DNA of 61,019 nt, from positions 1-61,019 of IMG/VR virus record IMGVR_UViG_3300020171_000029; one strand, given 5' to 3'. The position numbers and the translations under genes are program-made. The stretch comes from a virus. Its lineage: Duplodnaviria; Caudoviricetes. Below the pieces are notes generated by a model. It saw only the letters and a list, made by a program, of their open reading frames with translations. It searched no databases and was not told the origin of the DNA. Positions 19,147-28,313 of the stretch are shown piece after piece. Within the stretch, counting starts at the first letter, position 1; the number at the start of each line of letters is the position of its first letter.

Positions 19147-19774
19147 AGGATATAATCATAAAGAAAATTGTATTTGTAAATTATGTATTGGAAAAACTTC
19201 ATTTAAAAAAGGATTTGATAAAAGAAGAACCAACGGATTTCAAAAAGGTAATAAATTATTTGTAGGTAAAAATAATCATATGTTTGGTAAAAAAAGAAGT
19301 TGTTCCTGGACATCAGAAAGAAATAAAAAACAAGTAGGAGAATTAAATCCATTTTATGGAAAACATCATACAGAAGAATCGAAATTTAAACAGATTATTT
19401 CAAAAATTAGAAATAATAAATATAAGTTTAATCCAACTGAAAAATATTATTTAGATTTAAAAATGAAGTTTAAAAGCAATTGGGAAGCTAATATGGCAAG
19501 AATTTTTAATTTCTTAGAACTAACTTGGTATTACGAACCACAAATATTTAAATTAAAAAGTTCTTTTTATTGTCCTGATTTTTATATAAAAGATTGGAAT
19601 TGTTTTATTGAAGTTAAAGGATATATGTATCCTAAAAGCTTACAAAAAATAAATGAATTTAAAGAAAAATATCCAATAGAAATTATATCATCTAAAGAAT
19701 ATAAAAGTTGGTGTAATGATTTTCCATTACAAATTAAAGAATTGTCAAAAGGAGAAAAAAATGATAAAATTTGA
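19139..19774 (+). CDS. NUMOD3-containing PD-(D/E)xK endonuclease, probable homing endonuclease
   Basis: GKNNHMFGK, GELNPFYGKHHTEESK; FKSNWEA, YEP, YCPDF, FIEVKG. Confidence 0.8.
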   Translation: MNKGYNHKENCICKLCIGKTSFKKGFDKRRTNGFQKGNKLFVGKNNHMFGKKRSCSWTSERNKKQVGELNPFYGKHHTEESKFKQIISKIRNNKYKFNPTEKYYLDLKMKFKSNWEANMARIFNFLELTWYYEPQIFKLKSSFYCPDFYIKDWNCFIEVKGYMYPKSLQKINEFKEKYPIEIISSKEYKSWCNDFPLQIKELSKGEKNDKI

Positions 19775-20003
19775 TTTAAACGATATTATTCCAGAAGAAG
19801 AATTTAATTTAAGTGATAAAAGACAATTTCATGGAAATGGAATTACTAAGTATTATCCAGAAGAAGATGTTAAAGAGAAAATACAAAATGCTCAAAAGAG
19901 AATTAAAAGTATTGGTTACATAAGAGAAGAAGATTATATTAAAGAAATTAATAAAATATTCCTTGAGGAATTTGGAAAAGAGCTATTGGAGGAAAAGGGA
20001 TAA
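19761..20003 (+). CDS. Small paralog family B (EFNLS.K...DVKE...I...FG)
   Basis: Motifs shared with 20311, 20759, 20968; ends LEEKG in repeat R1. Confidence 0.7.
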   Translation: MIKFDLNDIIPEEEFNLSDKRQFHGNGITKYYPEEDVKEKIQNAQKRIKSIGYIREEDYIKEINKIFLEEFGKELLEEKG

Positions 20004-20314
20004 TGGAAGAAGAATTAAAAACAATAAAAGATATAGTAAGCTGGACTTGTGAATGTAATTGTGTAACTTTTGATAATGAGATATGTCGCTCTTGCGGGAA
20101 ATCACCAAAATATGGAGAGATTAATTATGATGATATAAAAGCAGAAGCAATCAAAATTCTAAAATCTGATACAAAAGATTTATGTGATTATCTTGGAGTT
20201 AAAGAATTGTCTAACGAACAAGTAATGGTAATTGATTTACTTATAAAAAAATCTTGCAATATTACAGAAAAAGATTTGGATACCCTAAAGGGCATAAAGG
20301 ATGTGCGAAGATGA
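20003..20314 (+). CDS. Small paralog family A with inserted Zn ribbon
   Basis: LKTIKDI...CEC..CRSC...KAEAIK...NITEKDL; ends KDVRR in repeat R2. Confidence 0.7.
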   Translation: MEEELKTIKDIVSWTCECNCVTFDNEICRSCGKSPKYGEINYDDIKAEAIKILKSDTKDLCDYLGVKELSNEQVMVIDLLIKKSCNITEKDLDTLKGIKDVRR

Positions 20315-20553
20315 ATAAAGAATTTAATTTAAAGGAAAAAAGAGAAAGATTTTTTAAAGATTGTATTCCAAACTTTGTTATTCATGGAAATGCACCTGTT
20401 TTAATAATAATTAAAGAACAAATTGAAAAACAAGATAAAGAATTTATTAAGAGATTGAAAAAGAAGTTATTTGGTGGTTCAAAAAAATTAAGTGATAATG
20501 AAATGATAGACATAATTGATAAACTCTCAGGAGATTTGGAGGAAAAGGGATAA
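20311..20553 (+). CDS. Small paralog family B
   Basis: MNKEFNLKEK...DKEFIKRLK...IDKLSGDLEEKG. Confidence 0.7.
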   Translation: MNKEFNLKEKRERFFKDCIPNFVIHGNAPVLIIIKEQIEKQDKEFIKRLKKKLFGGSKKLSDNEMIDIIDKLSGDLEEKG

Positions 20554-20759
20554 TGGAACTTAAAACTTTGAAAGATTTGAAACAATATAACTTTAATGTA
20601 GAAGATAATATAGTTTTTGCTGAACAGTTAGAACAATTAGCAATTAAGTGGGTTAAGGAAGATATAAATGAAGAAAAGGAATTAACAACTTATGAATTAA
20701 CAGAAAAGTGGATTAAAAGATTGAATATAAATAGAGAAGATTTGGAGGAAAAGGGATAA
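20553..20759 (+). CDS. Small paralog family A
   Basis: MELKTLKDL...AIKWVKEDI...LNINREDLEEKG. Confidence 0.7.
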   Translation: MELKTLKDLKQYNFNVEDNIVFAEQLEQLAIKWVKEDINEEKELTTYELTEKWIKRLNINREDLEEKG

Positions 20760-20971
20760 TGGAAGAATTTAATTTAAGTAAGAAAATAGCAAAAACTAAT
20801 TTTACAACTGTTACAAATTTTATAAGAGTAAAAGATGTCAAAGAATTTATCCGATTAGAAGGTTACTTACTTCAAAGTTATATTACAAGAGAAATTACTT
20901 GGTATGAAATGTGTGATAAAAGAAGAAAACTTATTGGAGAAGAATTAACAAAGGATGTGCGAAGGAAATGA
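20759..20971 (+). CDS. Small paralog family B
   Basis: MEEFNLSKK...DVKEFIR...LIGEELTKDVRRK. Confidence 0.7.
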   Translation: MEEFNLSKKIAKTNFTTVTNFIRVKDVKEFIRLEGYLLQSYITREITWYEMCDKRRKLIGEELTKDVRRK

Positions 20972-21177
20972 GGAAAGAAAAACCATTAAGACCATTAAGT
21001 GAGAAGAAATTAGAGACTTGTAAATTAGCAAGAGGTTTTCCAAATACTTATCCAGAAAAAGATGTAGCAGAAGCAGTAAGGAGATTGAAAGAAGGAATAC
21101 ACGTTTTTAATGAGTCGGTATTAGGAGATAAAGGGAGAAATAATTTAATTAATGAAATATTTGGAGATTTAGAATGA
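20968..21177 (+). CDS. Small paralog family B
   Basis: PLSEK...YPEKDVAEAVRRLKE...INEIFGDLE. Confidence 0.7.
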   Translation: MRKEKPLRPLSEKKLETCKLARGFPNTYPEKDVAEAVRRLKEGIHVFNESVLGDKGRNNLINEIFGDLE

Positions 21178-21323
21178 ATAAAGAGAATTTCCGAAAAGCA
21201 ATAATAGAATATTCCAGAAAAAGCCAAATAGGAATACATCAGTTAAAACACTATTTAACAGATGGAAGATTAATTGGTATTTTGGAAATTTATGATAAAT
21301 TAACAAAGGATGTGCGAAGATGA
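21174..21323 (+). CDS. Small protein ending in repeat R2 (not in ORF track)
   Basis: MNKENFRKAII...YDKLTKDVRR, 49 aa, ATGA overlaps at both ends. Confidence 0.55.
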   Translation: MNKENFRKAIIEYSRKSQIGIHQLKHYLTDGRLIGILEIYDKLTKDVRR

Positions 21324-21451
21324 AATGTATTAAATGTAAAAGGAATTTTAAAATGCTTACAAAAGAAGATTTATGTGCTTATTGTTATAAAGATAAGACA
21401 GGAGAATGGGCTAAGGAATTTTCAGAGTTTAAAAAAGGAGAACAGAAATGA
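21320..21451 (+). CDS. Small Zn-finger protein (not in ORF track)
   Basis: MKCIKC...LCAYC, 43 aa, ATGA overlaps. Confidence 0.55.
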   Translation: MKCIKCKRNFKMLTKEDLCAYCYKDKTGEWAKEFSEFKKGEQK

Positions 21452-21684
21452 AAAACATAGAAAATAAATGTGAATGTAAAAATTGTGATTGCAACCCAAT
21501 TCTTAAAAAAATTAAACAAGAAGGATTTAAGTATATTTCAATTAGACATTACAATTGGGATGGTGATGTTTATGAACTTAAAAAAGATGGAAAGTTAAAA
21601 AGTAGAGTAATTTATAATAAAGAAACTGATAAAATTATTCAGCAAACAATTTACGGAGATGGAGAATTGATTTTGGATGAATAA
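21448..21684 (+). CDS. Hypothetical protein
   Basis: 78 aa; CECKNCDC. Confidence 0.55.
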   Translation: MKNIENKCECKNCDCNPILKKIKQEGFKYISIRHYNWDGDVYELKKDGKLKSRVIYNKETDKIIQQTIYGDGELILDE

Positions 21685-21853
21685 AAAGATTTAAATATTT
21701 TGAAATTTTTATAATTAATGGTAAAAACTATAGAAAGATGCTTTTATCAGATATTTAAAACTCAAACAGATTGTAAAGGAAATTGTTATACTTGCAAGAC
21801 AGATGAATTAAATAAAGAATGTGAAAGATATGTTCCAATAAAAATAAGCACCT

Positions 21854-22177
21854 ATGAAATACAAAACTCTTACACTTAAAGATGTGATAGACACACTTGT
21901 TTATTATGATTTAGAACATTGCAGATTTCCTCATAATTATCTTGCAGAAGATTATCAAATTCCAAAAATTAGAGGATTAACTTTAGATGACAAAAAACTT
22001 ATTCTTATAGATAAAGAACAATCTATCGAAGTGGTTAAAGAAATTCTGATACATGAACTTTTACATATAAAACATTATGCTCTTTCAGACTTACCAAGAA
22101 ATATGAATCAAATTGAGAAAATAATACAAAAAGAAACAGAATTAACTTATAAAAAGATTTACGGATTTAAACCATGA
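21854..22177 (+). CDS. HExxH zincin-like metallopeptidase
   Basis: IRGL...ILID...ILIHELLH. Confidence 0.65.
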   Translation: MKYKTLTLKDVIDTLVYYDLEHCRFPHNYLAEDYQIPKIRGLTLDDKKLILIDKEQSIEVVKEILIHELLHIKHYALSDLPRNMNQIEKIIQKETELTYKKIYGFKP

Positions 22178-22794
22178 ATAAATTTACAAGACATATGGAA
22201 AAATTTTCAAAACCATTAAAATTGAGAATAGGAATAGATATTTGTGGAGTAATCGCAGATATAGGTCCAAGTCTTGAAAAAATACTTTCAAAGAGACAAG
22301 GTAGACAAGTTAAGAAAGAAGAAATAATTACTTATAATCTAAAACATATGGGTGTAGAATCTCACGAATATAAAGATATATTCAATAAAGATTTTTATAC
22401 AAATCTTAAACCAATTAAAGATGCGATTGATATAATAAATTGTTTATATGATAAAAATTATATCTCTCTAATAACATCAAGAAATCAATATTCAGAAGTT
22501 ATGAAAGATACATTTGACTGGTTAATTGATAATGGAATACTTTTTGACAATCTTATTCAATCAGATAACAAAGTAGAACCTATGAAGAGTGAAGAATTAG
22601 ATTTCCTAATTGACGACCACTTTGGTACTTGTTACAATCTTGCTAAAAATAAGATTAATAGTTATTTATTTGAACAACCTTGGAATAAGTATTCAACATT
22701 TTCTGATGATTTAGAGTTTAAACATATTAAACGAGCTAAGAATTGGAAAGATGTTGCTCATCAAATTAATCAATGTCAGAAGGTGTACAAGTGA
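22174..22794 (+). CDS. HAD-family 5'(3')-deoxyribonucleotidase-like protein
   Basis: IGIDICGVIAD, ITSR, T.DWL, K, LIDD, QPWN, NW. Confidence 0.8.
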   Translation: MNKFTRHMEKFSKPLKLRIGIDICGVIADIGPSLEKILSKRQGRQVKKEEIITYNLKHMGVESHEYKDIFNKDFYTNLKPIKDAIDIINCLYDKNYISLITSRNQYSEVMKDTFDWLIDNGILFDNLIQSDNKVEPMKSEELDFLIDDHFGTCYNLAKNKINSYLFEQPWNKYSTFSDDLEFKHIKRAKNWKDVAHQINQCQKVYK

Positions 22795-23183
22795 AAAAAA
22801 TATTATTTGAAAGAGTTGCTAAAGACCTTATTGGTATTATAGACGAAACACCCCTTGCTCTTAGACCTTCTATTATTATTCCAAAAAATAAAATAGAGGC
22901 TTATTTTGTTATGGGATTTACAATGAACACTCCTTGGGGAGGAAAAGGTATTGCTTTGGCTTACGAATGTGATAATATGACTAAAACTCTTGTTCACGAA
23001 GCATTACATATTCAATATCCAATACTTGAAGAAACTGATATAGAAGGACTTACAGAAGAATTTTTTAATATAATGGATGTAAGAAAAGCTTCTCAAAGGA
23101 GAATTGTTGATAAGTTAAATGAATATGAGAAAAACAGAAAGATGAAGAAGTATGAAATGGATTGGGAAAAGGTATATATTTAA
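22773..23183 (+). CDS. HExxH zincin-like protein
   Basis: TLVHEALH.QYP..EE. Confidence 0.6.
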   Translation: MSEGVQVKKILFERVAKDLIGIIDETPLALRPSIIIPKNKIEAYFVMGFTMNTPWGGKGIALAYECDNMTKTLVHEALHIQYPILEETDIEGLTEEFFNIMDVRKASQRRIVDKLNEYEKNRKMKKYEMDWEKVYI

Positions 23184-23271
23184 ATATATAATAATAAACA
23201 AATATATATTACTCAATTATATATATTAAAAAATAAAAACATTTAAATACTATTAATATTATTATATTAAT

Positions 23272-23406
23272 ATGAAATTAACAAAAAAAATAATTCAAAT
23301 TGCACAAAGTTTAGGTATTATTATCGACAAACCAATTAGTAAAAAATTAAAATTAAAAAGAGGAGATTTAGTTGAATTGGATATAAAAAAGATTAAAAAT
23401 GAATAA
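23272..23406 (+). CDS. AbrB/MazE-like DNA-binding protein (not in ORF track)
   Basis: MKLTKKIIQIAQSLGIIIDKPISKKLKLKRGDLVELDI; TTTAAATA box 22 nt upstream. Confidence 0.8.
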   Translation: MKLTKKIIQIAQSLGIIIDKPISKKLKLKRGDLVELDIKKIKNE

Positions 23407-23560
23407 AACTATGAAAGGAGGTAAAGATGATATTAAACGAACTTTATATTTTAAACAAATTTAAAGATATTATAAAAAACAAAAATATTTCGGAATTCAC
23501 AATTTCGGACATTATAAATCTTATAGAAATTTGTTTAGAGGATTATGAATCAAGCAAAAA

Positions 23561-24244
23561 ATGAAAATCGAAAAAAAATTTCTGGAAATCCCATTTGATT
23601 GTATAAAAGATTTAATTATAGAACCTTGTCTTAAATTCAATTCTGAAGGAATGTTCATAACAGCATTTGCAGAATCTAATGCAGCATTGTGTTTGTTTAA
23701 ACTGCCAAAGGAAAAATTCGTTCAATATGAATTTTTAGAAGAACAAAAATTCAAAATTAGTTCAGAACTTCTTGCAAAGATTATGAAGCGAATCAAAACG
23801 CAATTTGTAAATCTGGATTTTAAAGATGAAAAGTTTATAATATCTGATGAGAATAAAAAGGAATATTCAATCGCAGTTATGCATGATGATGAGGTTGAAA
23901 GGAATGTCCCACAGCTTGAGTTAAAATCCAATTTTAAAATGATAAGCTCTGAATTACAAAATTTGTTTTTAGATGCAGGTATAATAGGCGATGATATAAA
24001 ACTTGAAACAAAAGGAAAAATAATTATTTCTTCTGGAGAATTAAACAAGTTTAATCAGGAAGTTGAATGTGAAGTTGTTGGAGAGGCACAATCCATTTAT
24101 AGTTTAGAATATCTTAATAAGTTTATGAATGCTTCAAAATATTTTAAAGATGTTTTGTTTGAGTTTGATTCTAATAGTCCTTGCAGATTAACTTTTAAAG
24201 ATGAATTGGAAATTCAATTTGTTTTGGCGCCAAGAGCTGAGTAA
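23561..24244 (+). CDS. pcn: PCNA sliding clamp
   Basis: DLI.E..LKF.SEG, F..YE, two-domain repeat, YSLEYLNK, P..L.F, FVLAPRAE C-terminus. Confidence 0.9.
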   Translation: MKIEKKFLEIPFDCIKDLIIEPCLKFNSEGMFITAFAESNAALCLFKLPKEKFVQYEFLEEQKFKISSELLAKIMKRIKTQFVNLDFKDEKFIISDENKKEYSIAVMHDDEVERNVPQLELKSNFKMISSELQNLFLDAGIIGDDIKLETKGKIIISSGELNKFNQEVECEVVGEAQSIYSLEYLNKFMNASKYFKDVLFEFDSNSPCRLTFKDELEIQFVLAPRAE

Positions 24245-24257
24245 GGATTTTTATAAA

Positions 24258-24923
24258 ATGGAGAGTGAATTATTACCTACAAATGAAGAACCAATTAAGA
24301 TTATTAATGCTGATTGTCTTGAGGTTTTGAAGAAACTTCCTGATAATTGTATTGATTTGGTTTTAACAGACCCACCTTATGGAATAAATCAAGATAAAGG
24401 GATTCAATTATATACAAAAGCATCTTCCAAACATACAGTAAAAAAATATAAAGATAATTGGGATTCAAAAACACCTTCTAAAGAGATTTTTGATGAAATA
24501 TTAAGAGTGGGGAAAAAAGTTATTATTTTTGGAGGTAATTATTTTATAGATAAATTGCCATTTAAAACATCTTGGATTATATGGGATAAAATAGGTAATA
24601 TAAAATTTAATGATACTTTCACAGATGTTGAAATGGCATGGACTAATTTTGATAGAAATATATCTAAAAAATATATTTGTATTCAACATGGTTTTGTTTC
24701 TGAAGAAAGAAAAAGAGAACATCCAACCCAAAAACCAGTTAAATTATTTAGAAATATTATAAAAGATTATTCAAAAGAAGGAGAGCTTATCATGGATTGC
24801 TTTCTCGGCTCAGGAACAACAACAATTGCATGTAAACAATTAAACAGAAAATGTCTTGGAATAGAAATATCAAAAAAATATTGTGATATTGCAAAAAAGA
24901 GATTACAACAGGGAGTCTTATAA
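24258..24923 (+). CDS. N4-C/N6-A DNA methyltransferase (beta class)
   Basis: DLVLTDPPYG, HPTQKP, DCFLGSGTT, GIEI; ends QQGVL. Confidence 0.93.
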   Translation: MESELLPTNEEPIKIINADCLEVLKKLPDNCIDLVLTDPPYGINQDKGIQLYTKASSKHTVKKYKDNWDSKTPSKEIFDEILRVGKKVIIFGGNYFIDKLPFKTSWIIWDKIGNIKFNDTFTDVEMAWTNFDRNISKKYICIQHGFVSEERKREHPTQKPVKLFRNIIKDYSKEGELIMDCFLGSGTTTIACKQLNRKCLGIEISKKYCDIAKKRLQQGVL

Positions 24924-25071
24924 TGGTATGCCCGAGCAGAAAAAATTTAATGATATGCAAAATAATTAAAGATAAAAAAACGAAGAAAAAAGAAGTTAAA
25001 CCAAAAGAAAAGATAATAGAAGAAGAACATCAAAAAAGATTAAAAAAATTAAAAGAAATGGGATTTAAAAT

Positions 25072-25578
25072 ATGAAAAAATTAGCAATACAAATGGGAGG
25101 AAGAAGTGATGAATTTCATACTCCAAAATATGCAATAAAACCATTACTACCTTTTTTAAAAAAGAATTGGATTATATGGGAATGTGCTTGGGGAAAAGGA
25201 AGTTTAGCAGAACATTTAGAAAAAGAAGGATTTAAAGTAATTGGAGATAGTGATGTAGATTTTATTAAAGTTTCTTATATGGATCATTCAGATTGTTTAG
25301 TTACAAATCCACCTTACTCAAAAAAAGATGAATTTTTGAAAAAAGCATTTGAATTAGGAAAGCCATTTGCATTTCTTATGCCATTAACAGCATTGGAAGG
25401 AATAAAAAGAGGAGAATTATTTAGAAGATATGGAATACAACTTATAATTCCAAATAGAAGAATAAATTTTATAACTCCTTCTGGAAAAGGAAGTGGAGCT
25501 TGGTTTCAAACTGCTTGGTTTTGTTGGGGATTAAATTTGCCAAAGGATTTAAATTTTGTAGAATTAGAAAAAGAATGA
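25072..25578 (+). CDS. Small N6-adenine DNA methyltransferase
   Basis: DEFHTP, IWECAWGKG, VTNPPYS. Confidence 0.85.
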   Translation: MKKLAIQMGGRSDEFHTPKYAIKPLLPFLKKNWIIWECAWGKGSLAEHLEKEGFKVIGDSDVDFIKVSYMDHSDCLVTNPPYSKKDEFLKKAFELGKPFAFLMPLTALEGIKRGELFRRYGIQLIIPNRRINFITPSGKGSGAWFQTAWFCWGLNLPKDLNFVELEKE

Positions 25579-25919
25579 AAAAATTAGCAATATTCGACAT
25601 AGAAACAGATTCACTAATCATAGAAGAAGCACAAATAAAATTCATAGGGATTCTTGATTTACAAACTAATGAATATAATATAATCCAATATAAAGAACCA
25701 AAAGAAATTAAAACAATATTGAACAATTATGATTTCATAATCACATTCAACGGTGAGCAATTTGATATACCAATATTAAAAAGGCACAGAATAATTATCC
25801 CAGATTATAAACATATTGACTTATATAAAGTTTTTAAGAAGAAGGCGCCATTGCTTTGTTCTGGCGGGTTTAAGAGTTATAGTTTGAATAATATCACAAA
25901 GGAGATTGAGAAGTTATGA
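25575..25919 (+). CDS. polB: PolB 3'-5' exonuclease N-terminal fragment (ExoI+ExoII)
   Basis: Start at ATGA overlap 25575; FDIET, TFNGEQFDIP, HIDL, SYSL; stops before ExoIII. Confidence 0.85.
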   Translation: MKKLAIFDIETDSLIIEEAQIKFIGILDLQTNEYNIIQYKEPKEIKTILNNYDFIITFNGEQFDIPILKRHRIIIPDYKHIDLYKVFKKKAPLLCSGGFKSYSLNNITKEIEKL

Positions 25920-26170
25920 TAAAAGAATTTAAAATAAAAAAAGAAAATCAGTTTAAAGATTTTAATGGTTTAACAACCATTTCTATTCAAGCATATAAAG
26001 AAAATAATCTATTTGGTATTGAATTTATAAAATTTTTTGAATTAAGAGATTATAATGGACATACATCACACCATTTTATAAAAACTATTAAATCAGAAAA
26101 TATCAACATAGATTTAGAATTTAAAAATATTTCTCAAGAATTAATAAATTTAAAAAGGGATATTAAATGA
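25916..26170 (+). CDS. Hypothetical protein inserted between polB halves
   Basis: 84 aa, ATGA overlaps both sides. Confidence 0.6.
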   Translation: MIKEFKIKKENQFKDFNGLTTISIQAYKENNLFGIEFIKFFELRDYNGHTSHHFIKTIKSENINIDLEFKNISQELINLKRDIK

Positions 26171-26901
26171 TGGAAATAAATAAAGTTATTTATGGTGATT
26201 ATTTGGAAGAAATGAAAAAGTTACCAAATGAAAGTATAAATTTAATTCTTACAGACCCTCCTTATGGGATAAATTTTCAATCTGGACACAGAAAACAAGT
26301 TAGTAATGTTAAATTTAATAAATTTAAATTAGATGATAATTTATTATGGTATGAATTATTTTATGATGAATGTATGAGAATTTTAAAAAATGATTCTTTT
26401 ATGTATATTTGTTTTAGATTTGATAGTTTATTTGAAATAGCAAAATTATTTGGAGATAAAGTAAAGCCATTTAAAGTTTTAATTTGGGATAAAATGGATT
26501 ATGGAATGGGAGATTTGAATTTTTTTTCTGTATCTTATGAAATTATTTTATGTTATAAAAAAAGAAATCCAAAGTTAATAAATTATGATAAACGTCCAAA
26601 TGGTATTTTTAGAATACCAAAAGTTCAAAATTTTAGATGTAAAGAAAATAAACCAACAGGAGATAAAAATCAAGATTTTATGTTACATCCAACACAAAAA
26701 CCATTAGAACTTATGAAAAGAATAATAAGTGTGTCATCAAAAGAAAATGATTTGATTTTAGACCCGTTTGCAGGAGGAGGTTCTACATTAATAGCATCAA
26801 AAATGTTAAAACGAAATTATATTGGAATAGAAATAGATGAAAAATATTGTGATGTAATTCAAAAACGATTAAATAAAGAAAATAAACAAATGATATTATG
26901 A
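26167..26901 (+). CDS. N4-C/N6-A DNA methyltransferase (beta class) between polB halves
   Basis: LILTDPPYG, HPTQKP, LDPFAGGGST, GIEI; ends KQMIL. Confidence 0.93.
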   Translation: MMEINKVIYGDYLEEMKKLPNESINLILTDPPYGINFQSGHRKQVSNVKFNKFKLDDNLLWYELFYDECMRILKNDSFMYICFRFDSLFEIAKLFGDKVKPFKVLIWDKMDYGMGDLNFFSVSYEIILCYKKRNPKLINYDKRPNGIFRIPKVQNFRCKENKPTGDKNQDFMLHPTQKPLELMKRIISVSSKENDLILDPFAGGGSTLIASKMLKRNYIGIEIDEKYCDVIQKRLNKENKQMIL

Positions 26902-28313
26902 AAAAAGAAAAAATTAATTATAAAATATTTCAAAAAGATGAATGGACACAAGAAGAACTACAAGAAATAAAAAAATATCTTAAACAAGATTTAAACCTCA
27001 CAAAAGACCTATGGCAGTTCCTAATAAAAAAATTCGACTCACTTAAAGAATTCATACCACAAAAAGATGCAGAAAACTTTAAACACATAACAATGTCAAG
27101 CGGAGCATATGGATACAAGGTTATCTGCCATCTGTTGGGATTAAAAGAAGAATATAATAATATTAATGGAAATCCCCATTATGAAGGAGCCTATGTGATG
27201 CAGCCAAAAGAGGAAACGTTAAAAGGGAACATTCTATGCTTTGATTTTGCATCGCTTTATCCGATGATGTATGTCCATGCAAATTTGTTTTCTCATGATT
27301 GTAAGTGCTGCAAGCAAGAAGAAAAATGGCATGGTAATGAAAGTTTTAAAGTAGAAGGTTATTATTGTTCAAAACAACAAGGAAAGATAGAAGAATTGGT
27401 CAAAGAATTTTATATGAAAAGAAAATTATACAAGTTAGAAAAAGATAACAGACAATTTGCTATAAAAATAGTTCTTAATTCTCTTTATGGGATTTCCGCA
27501 AAACCATCATTTAAAAATCTTTATAATAAAAATATTGCAAGTGATTGCACGGCATTGGCAAGGCAATGCATTCATTATGCCATAAAGAAATTTGAAGATA
27601 ATATGTATGATATTGTTTATTCCGACACAGATTCTGTTTTTATAAATCTAAAAAATTATCAGAAAAAAGAACTTTGCATGCAATTGGCAGAAGAAATATC
27701 AATAGAAATAAGCAGACAATTTCCTTTTCCATTTGATGAGTTTAGTTTAAGTATTGATGATGAGATAAAGTATCTGCAATTTTTTATTGGTAGAGATGAG
27801 CAGTTGAATAAAAAGCATTATCTTTATATAAACAAAGATGATAAATTAAGGATAAAAGGATTGGATATTATAAAAAAAGATTGCAGTGAATTAAGTCAAA
27901 AAATATTTAATGATTTTTTAAAAGAAGATATTATAAAAAATTTAAATTGTAAATTTGATAGGGATTTTATGGATAATAAAATTAATGAAATTATAAAACA
28001 AGATAAAACGATTATTGCAAAGCGATTTAATATAAAATCATTAAAAAATTATAAGTCAAAAACTTCTATTTATTATCTTATTGGAGAGAAATATGGAAGT
28101 GGTGAGATTTTATTGATAAAAAATTATAAATTTGGTGCTGGAAAAAGGATTAAATATTGTTCTATAGATGAAGCAAAAAATTTAGATGTTGGTGATTTGA
28201 ATTTAGAAGATATTTATAAAGAATTGGGAGTTTTTATAAAAGATTATAAAGTTGAAAAGGTTAAGAAAGAAAAGAAGATTAAAAAAATTAAATCAAAGCA
28301 AATGGAATTATGA
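26898..28313 (+). CDS. polB: Family B DNA polymerase, ExoIII + polymerase domains
   Basis: ExoIII YLKQD; YEGA; motif A FDFASLYP; motif B KIVLNSLYG; motif C YSDTDS; KKHY, IKG; ends KQMEL. Confidence 0.93.
   Translation: MKKEKINYKIFQKDEWTQEELQEIKKYLKQDLNLTKDLWQFLIKKFDSLKEFIPQKDAENFKHITMSSGAYGYKVICHLLGLKEEYNNINGNPHYEGAYVMQPKEETLKGNILCFDFASLYPMMYVHANLFSHDCKCCKQEEKWHGNESFKVEGYYCSKQQGKIEELVKEFYMKRKLYKLEKDNRQFAIKIVLNSLYGISAKPSFKNLYNKNIASDCTALARQCIHYAIKKFEDNMYDIVYSDTDSVFINLKNYQKKELCMQLAEEISIEISRQFPFPFDEFSLSIDDEIKYLQFFIGRDEQLNKKHYLYINKDDKLRIKGLDIIKKDCSELSQKIFNDFLKEDIIKNLNCKFDRDFMDNKINEIIKQDKTIIAKRFNIKSLKNYKSKTSIYYLIGEKYGSGEILLIKNYKFGAGKRIKYCSIDEAKNLDVGDLNLEDIYKELGVFIKDYKVEKVKKEKKIKKIKSKQMEL

Larger units (their letters stand above)
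19986..20764 (+). repeat. Junction repeat R1, three copies (19986-20008, 20536-20558, 20742-20764)
   Basis: Exact 23-mer TTGGAGGAAAAGGGATAATGGAA spanning SD, TAA stop and ATG. Confidence 0.9.
20296..21324 (+). repeat. Junction repeat R2, three copies (20296-20315, 20943-20964, 21298-21324)
   Basis: Core AAAGGATGTGCGAAG, extended AATTAAC- in copies 2/3 and -ATGAA in copies 1/3. Confidence 0.9.

Noticed and set aside
19986-21324. R1/R2 repeats as a CRISPR array
   Set aside because: Spacing is irregular and hundreds of bp long, the intervals are ORFs, and the repeats lie on gene ends and SD/start signals
18108-21451. Diversity-generating retroelement behind the variable paralogs
   Set aside because: No reverse transcriptase and no TR/VR pair differing only at adenines seen in the window
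25900-26920. Split intein or self-splicing intron in polB
   Set aside because: No intein terminal residues and no recognisable group I/II structure; the insert is fully coding with ATGA overlaps
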